Of a stretch of 60,172 bases of DNA, positions 56,520 to 60,172 are shown in pieces. The notes under the pieces were generated by a model. The model did not search any database. It had not been told where the DNA came from and was given only the letters and a program-made list of their open reading frames with translations. Origin of the DNA: Actinomycetota bacterium (GTDB lineage Bacteria > Actinomycetota > Thermoleophilia > Solirubrobacterales > 70-9); NCBI GenBank assembly GCA_046731495.1, contig JBKPLC010000031.1, positions 1-60,172 on the forward strand, written 5' to 3'. Numbering within the stretch: position 1 is the stretch's first letter; every line of letters begins with the position of its first letter. The position numbers were made by a program, and so were the translations under genes.

Positions 56520-56535
56520 CCGCCCAACGGGCGGC
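56519..56535 (+). terminator. candidate short stem-loop after paralogue 2
   Basis: GCCGCCC-aac-GGGCGGC overlaps the stop codon. No U tract. Confidence 0.3.
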
Positions 56536-56709
56536 CTCCAGAGGCCACCTCTCCTCCCCCAGCGACCAGCGCGGCCCGGCTTCGCCATAAGACGGGTCGC
56601 GCTGGCGCGCGCCCTCGCATAACGGCGTCGCGCTGCTCGAGGGAGGTAGGGCCCGCCGGACGTCGAATCCCAGAGTTCGTGCGAGTAGTCACTAACGAAC
56701 CGCTCTTGA

Positions 56710-56739
56710 TTGCAAACGTTCTTTCACGTTTGGTAAGGT
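56710..56739 (+). promoter_or_regulatory. candidate promoter of C40 paralogue 3 with an inverted repeat in the spacer
   Basis: TTGCAA (56710-56715), an 18-nt spacer, then TAAGGT (56734-56739). CAAACGT-tctttc-ACGTTTG (56713-56732) fills the spacer. The region is locally A/T-rich. Confidence 0.4.
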
Positions 56740-56749
56740 CCCGCGCCAG

Positions 56750-56885
56750 TTACGCCGAGTCCCATCCCCACGTGGAGATGGGAGCGGGGGAACCAGATTC
56801 AGGGGCGAACCCACCAGAAGTGCGGGTGGGGGCGCAGGCTCTTTCAGCGCTAGCCCGACAGCTAACCCCGCAGGCCTACGAAGGA
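56750..56885 (+). promoter_or_regulatory. ydaO/yuaA-type cyclic-di-AMP riboswitch (second copy)
   Basis: CGCCGAGUC..GAGCGGGGGAACCA..GGGGCGAACCC..CCCGACAGCUAACCCCGCAGGCC, ending at the AAGGAGAG Shine-Dalgarno 7 nt before ATG 56896. Confidence 0.85.
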
Positions 56886-56895
56886 GAGCTGTTGG

Positions 56896-57489
56896 ATGCG
56901 CAACACAGTTAGCCATAACCGTTGGCTTGCAGTGGCGGGGATTTCCACGCTGCTCATGCTTGTCGCAGCCGTGCCGGCATCCGCCCAGACCGGCGGGACC
57001 GGATCTCCGGGCAGCACCACCACGACCACGACGACGACTACGCCTGCCCCCGTTGGGCCTCCCGGCAAGGCGAAGATCCGCAAGGACGGCACCGCGGTCG
57101 CCCCAGCGGACGCGCCGCCGGCGATCCAGGCAGCGATCGCGGCCGCGAACGCCATCCACACCTACCCGTACCGCTGGGGTGGTGGGCATCGCAGCTTCTA
57201 CGACAGCGGCTACGACTGCTCCGGAGCTGTGAGCTATGTGCTTCACGCGGCCGGATTGCTGACGAGCCCGATGACCTCCGGCGGCTTCGCATCGAGTTGG
57301 GGCGTTCTCGGTAAGGGCCGCTGGATCACGGTCTACGGGAACGCGAGCCACGTCTACATGATCATCGCCGGGAAGCGCTTCGACACCTCGTCGGGTGGCG
57401 ACCGCTGGAACCAGGGCACCGGGCCGCGCTGGCGCAAGAAGAAGCGCAAGCCGATCGGTTTCACCGGCAAGTACTTCCCCGGCTACTGA
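56896..57489 (+). CDS. secreted NlpC/P60 (C40)-like putative cell-wall hydrolase, paralogue 3
   Basis: Signal peptide ..ISTLLMLVAAVPASA|QTGG. ..YRWGGGHRSFYDSGYDCSGAVSYVLHAAGLL... Confidence 0.75.
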   Translation: MRNTVSHNRWLAVAGISTLLMLVAAVPASAQTGGTGSPGSTTTTTTTTTPAPVGPPGKAKIRKDGTAVAPADAPPAIQAAIAAANAIHTYPYRWGGGHRSFYDSGYDCSGAVSYVLHAAGLLTSPMTSGGFASSWGVLGKGRWITVYGNASHVYMIIAGKRFDTSSGGDRWNQGTGPRWRKKKRKPIGFTGKYFPGY

Positions 57490-57511
57490 GCAGCGGCGAC
57501 ACCGCCCTGTA

Positions 57512-57534
57512 GTCCCGAACGTCAAAGTCGGGAC
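57512..57534 (+). terminator. candidate stem-loop terminator after paralogue 3
   Basis: GTCCCGA-acgtcaaag-TCGGGAC, a 7-bp perfect stem. Confidence 0.35.
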
Positions 57535-57721
57535 GTACAAGCCACGGGGAAAAGATTGGCCAACCCGGCCTGGCGAGGCAGGGTGAGGCTCGGATATACC
57601 TAGGTGCCCGCGGGCGCGCGTTATACGGTGCGCACATCCAACCCGCTGAGCGACCGAGGAGAAGGAGGCGGCCGTAGCCTCAACCCAGGCAAGGAGCAGC
57701 GAAGCTGAGCCCAGCCCGGCG

Positions 57722-58753
57722 GTGAGCGCCGAGCCGGCCGACGTCCACCTGATCGGAGTCAGCAAGCGCTACGGCGACGTGGTCGCGGTCGACTCCCTCG
57801 ACCTGGAGGTGAAGCCCGGCGAGTTCTTTACGCTGCTCGGCCCCTCTGGCTCGGGCAAGACCACGACCCTCCGGATGATCGCCGGCTTCGAGGAGCCCGA
57901 CACCGGAAGCGTCGAGCTGGGCGGCAACGACGTCACGGGCCTGCCCCCCTACGACCGCGAGGTCAACACGGTCTTCCAGGACTACGCCCTCTTCCCGCAT
58001 ATGAGCGTGGGCGACAACGTCGCCTACGGCCTACGCGTCAAGGGCGTCTCCAAGGAGGAGCGGCGGCGGCGGGCCTCAGAGGCGCTGGCGACGGTCCGCC
58101 TCTCCGGCTATGAGAGCCGCAAGCCGAACCAGCTCTCCGGCGGCCAGCAGCAGCGGGTGGCGCTGGCGCGCGCCATCGTGAACCGGCCGAAGGTGCTCCT
58201 GCTCGACGAGCCCCTCGGCGCGCTCGACCTGAAGCTCCGCGAGCAGATGCAGGTCGAGCTGAAGGCGATCCAGGACCAGGTGGGAATCACCTTCATCTAC
58301 GTCACGCACGACCAGGAGGAGGCGCTGACGATGTCCGACCGGATCGCCGTCTTCAACGACGGCCGGGTCGAGCAGGTGGGCTCGCCGACCGAGATCTACG
58401 AGCGCCCCGACAACGCCTTCGTGGCCGGCTTCGTCGGGGTCTCCAACCTGCTGGAGCGCGATGGGCAGAGGTTCACGGTCCGGCCCGAGAAGATCTTCAT
58501 CGTCGAGAACGGCCAGGCGCCGCAGGGTCTGCACGTCGAGGACGGGACGATCAGGGACGTGTCTTACGCAGGGATGGTGACCCGCTACCTCGTCGAGCTC
58601 GAGGCCGGCGGGGAGCTTCAAGTCGTCCGCCAGAACCTGGAGACCACCTCCGCGGAGGTGCAGGGTCAGCGCGGCCGGAAAGTGAAAATCGGATGGCGCG
58701 CGGATCAGACCGTCGCCGTTAAGGGAGAGGAGGAACAAAGTGAGCCGACTTAG
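57722..58753 (+). CDS. potA: ABC transporter ATP-binding protein (PotA-like, polyamine/iron-type importer)
   Basis: Walker [10 protein letters not shown], signature [14 protein letters not shown], Walker [12 protein letters not shown], and a C-terminal TOBE-like region. Confidence 0.85.
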   Translation: MSAEPADVHLIGVSKRYGDVVAVDSLDLEVKPGEFFTLLGPSGSGKTTTLRMIAGFEEPDTGSVELGGNDVTGLPPYDREVNTVFQDYALFPHMSVGDNVAYGLRVKGVSKEERRRRASEALATVRLSGYESRKPNQLSGGQQQRVALARAIVNRPKVLLLDEPLGALDLKLREQMQVELKAIQDQVGITFIYVTHDQEEALTMSDRIAVFNDGRVEQVGSPTEIYERPDNAFVAGFVGVSNLLERDGQRFTVRPEKIFIVENGQAPQGLHVEDGTIRDVSYAGMVTRYLVELEAGGELQVVRQNLETTSAEVQGQRGRKVKIGWRADQTVAVKGEEEQSEPT

Positions 58754-59990
58754 AGCTCACCCCACCTGGGTGCCCGCGGCGATCGTCGCTGGGCTTGCCG
58801 CGGCCATGCTGGTGATCGCGGGCTGTGGCGGTGGGGACGACGACAACAACGGAGGTGAGGAGCTGAGCAGCGTTGGCGCCGGCGAGGGCCAGCTCAACCT
58901 CATCTGCTGGGCCGGCTATTGCGAGGACGGCACGGTCACCAAGGGAGTCGATTGGGTGACGCCGTTCGAGCAGCAGACCGGCTGTCAGACGAACGTCAAG
59001 ATCGGGGACACGTCCGATCAGATGGTCGATCTGATGCGGACCGGCCAGTACGACGGCGTCTCCGCATCGGGGAACGCGACCGCCCGGCTCGTCGAGGGTG
59101 GCGACGTCGATCCGGTCAACGTGGATCTCGTCCCGAACTACAAGACGATCTTCCCCGACCTGAAGGACCAGCCGTACAACACGTTCGACGGGACGCACTA
59201 CGGGATCCCGCACGGGCGTGGCGCCGACCTGCTGATGTGGCGGACGGATGACGTCCAGCCCGCGCCGACCTCGTGGTCGGTCATCCTCGACCCGGCTCAG
59301 GCGCAGAAGTACAAGGGTCACATCAGCGTCTACGACGACCCGATCTACATCGCGGACGCGGCCGTCTACCTGAAGGCGCACAACCCCGATCTGGGGATCG
59401 ACGATCCCTACGAGCTCGACGACGACCAGTTCAACGCGGCCGTCGACCTGCTCAAGTCGCAGCATCCGTACGTCGGGGACTACTGGTCCAGCTACCTGAA
59501 GCAGATCAACCTGTTCACCAGCGGTGACGACCAGGTCGGTACGACGTGGCAGTACCAGTACTTCACGTTGCTCGCCGACAAGGTGCCGGTGGCGGCTCCG
59601 GGGGCGGACACGGGGTTCGTGCCGACCGAGGGCGCGACCGGGTGGTCCGACACCTGGATGATCTCGTCCCAGGCCAAGCACCCGAACTGCATGTACAAGT
59701 GGATGAACTACGTGTCCAGCGCGCCGGTTCAGGCGCAGATCATGCAGTGGTTCGGCGAGGCGCCCGCGCAGAGCAAGGCGTGCGCCACGTCTGAGATCAC
59801 GGCCGCGGACCAGAAGCTCGGCCTGCCGTCGGATCCGAAGTTCTGCGAGAGCTATCACGCAGCGGATCCGGATTTCTGGAAGAAGGTCTACTTCTGGAAG
59901 ACGCCCCTTGCGGATTGCGGCGATGACCGCGGCGACGCCTGCAAGGACTACAACGACTGGGTCTCGGCCTGGACCGAGATCAAGGGGTGA
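58740..59990 (+). CDS. ABC transporter substrate-binding lipoprotein (PotD/PotF-like)
   Basis: Lipobox LVIAGC followed by a [10 protein letters not shown] linker. PotD-like body. 14-nt overlap with potA. Confidence 0.8.
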   Translation: MSRLRAHPTWVPAAIVAGLAAAMLVIAGCGGGDDDNNGGEELSSVGAGEGQLNLICWAGYCEDGTVTKGVDWVTPFEQQTGCQTNVKIGDTSDQMVDLMRTGQYDGVSASGNATARLVEGGDVDPVNVDLVPNYKTIFPDLKDQPYNTFDGTHYGIPHGRGADLLMWRTDDVQPAPTSWSVILDPAQAQKYKGHISVYDDPIYIADAAVYLKAHNPDLGIDDPYELDDDQFNAAVDLLKSQHPYVGDYWSSYLKQINLFTSGDDQVGTTWQYQYFTLLADKVPVAAPGADTGFVPTEGATGWSDTWMISSQAKHPNCMYKWMNYVSSAPVQAQIMQWFGEAPAQSKACATSEITAADQKLGLPSDPKFCESYHAADPDFWKKVYFWKTPLADCGDDRGDACKDYNDWVSAWTEIKG

Positions 59991-60068
59991 TGCGTCTGAG
60001 AGGAATCACCCCATGACTCAAAGGTCGTGGAAGCGGCCGGCGTAGCAGCCGGTCGCGAGAGGAGGTCG

Positions 60069-60172
60069 GTGGGCCGCAGGCTCGCCGACCTCTTCCACGG
60101 CCGCCCTGGTCTCCAGGTCGGGTCGCTGCTCAGCGGCCCGATCGGCTGGCTGGTGATTGGCTATCTCGGGTC
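60069..60172 (+). CDS. ABC transporter permease, N-terminal fragment (runs off the window)
   Basis: Open frame VGRRLADLFHGRPGLQVGSLLSGPIGWLVIGYLG.. with GAGGAGG just upstream. GTG 60027 is an alternative start. Assigned by context as a PotB-like permease. Confidence 0.5.
   Translation, partial: MGRRLADLFHGRPGLQVGSLLSGPIGWLVIGYLG

Noticed and set aside
57535-57721. Possible riboswitch or leader upstream of the polyamine-type ABC operon.
   Set aside because: It has GC-rich palindromes (GTGCGCAC, CGCGGGCGCGCG), but I recognise no conserved riboswitch core, so this cannot be judged without a covariance-model search.

Overview
High-GC actinobacterial-type chromosomal contig. Supporting hallmarks are a Kgd/OdhA-type E2o-E1o fusion, an F420-type LLM oxidoreductase, a DPPR-synthase-like UbiA enzyme, an MmyB-like regulator and ydaO (c-di-AMP) riboswitches ahead of cell-wall hydrolase genes. 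A Thermoleophilia/Solirubrobacterales-like origin is only a guess. Bases 1-69 are an Illumina Nextera adapter, not genome. About 60 very tightly packed genes follow. They include gltA, acnA and a fused 2-oxoglutarate dehydrogenase, several acyl-CoA dehydrogenases, a two-component system, a DEAD-box helicase, transporters, secreted hydrolases and a polyamine-type ABC importer at the 3' edge. I saw no rRNA, tRNA, CRISPR array, transposase or integrase. The most interesting observations are listed here. (1) Three tandem paralogous NlpC/P60-like secreted proteins each have their own promoter; two carry c-di-AMP riboswitches and two share a lac-operator-like palindrome over the -35 box. (2) A minus-strand operon combines an AcrA1-like fatty acyl-CoA reductase, an RTX-like secreted protein, an alkyl-DHAP-synthase-like flavoenzyme and a DPPR-synthase-like UbiA enzyme. 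In it, conserved N-terminal sequence or signal peptides lie upstream of any ATG/GTG/TTG and are reachable only from CTG codons that overlap the upstream stop. (3) A 1462-aa E2o-E1o fusion keeps two lipoyl domains and a subunit-binding domain. (4) Secreted proteins share a basic C-terminal module. (5) Genome compaction is extreme: divergent genes share CATG starts, convergent genes share CTAG stops, and TANNNT boxes sit 6-10 nt from start codons, consistent with pervasive leaderless mRNAs. None of these amounts to a demonstrated new system. All family calls come from motif recognition by eye and need database confirmation.
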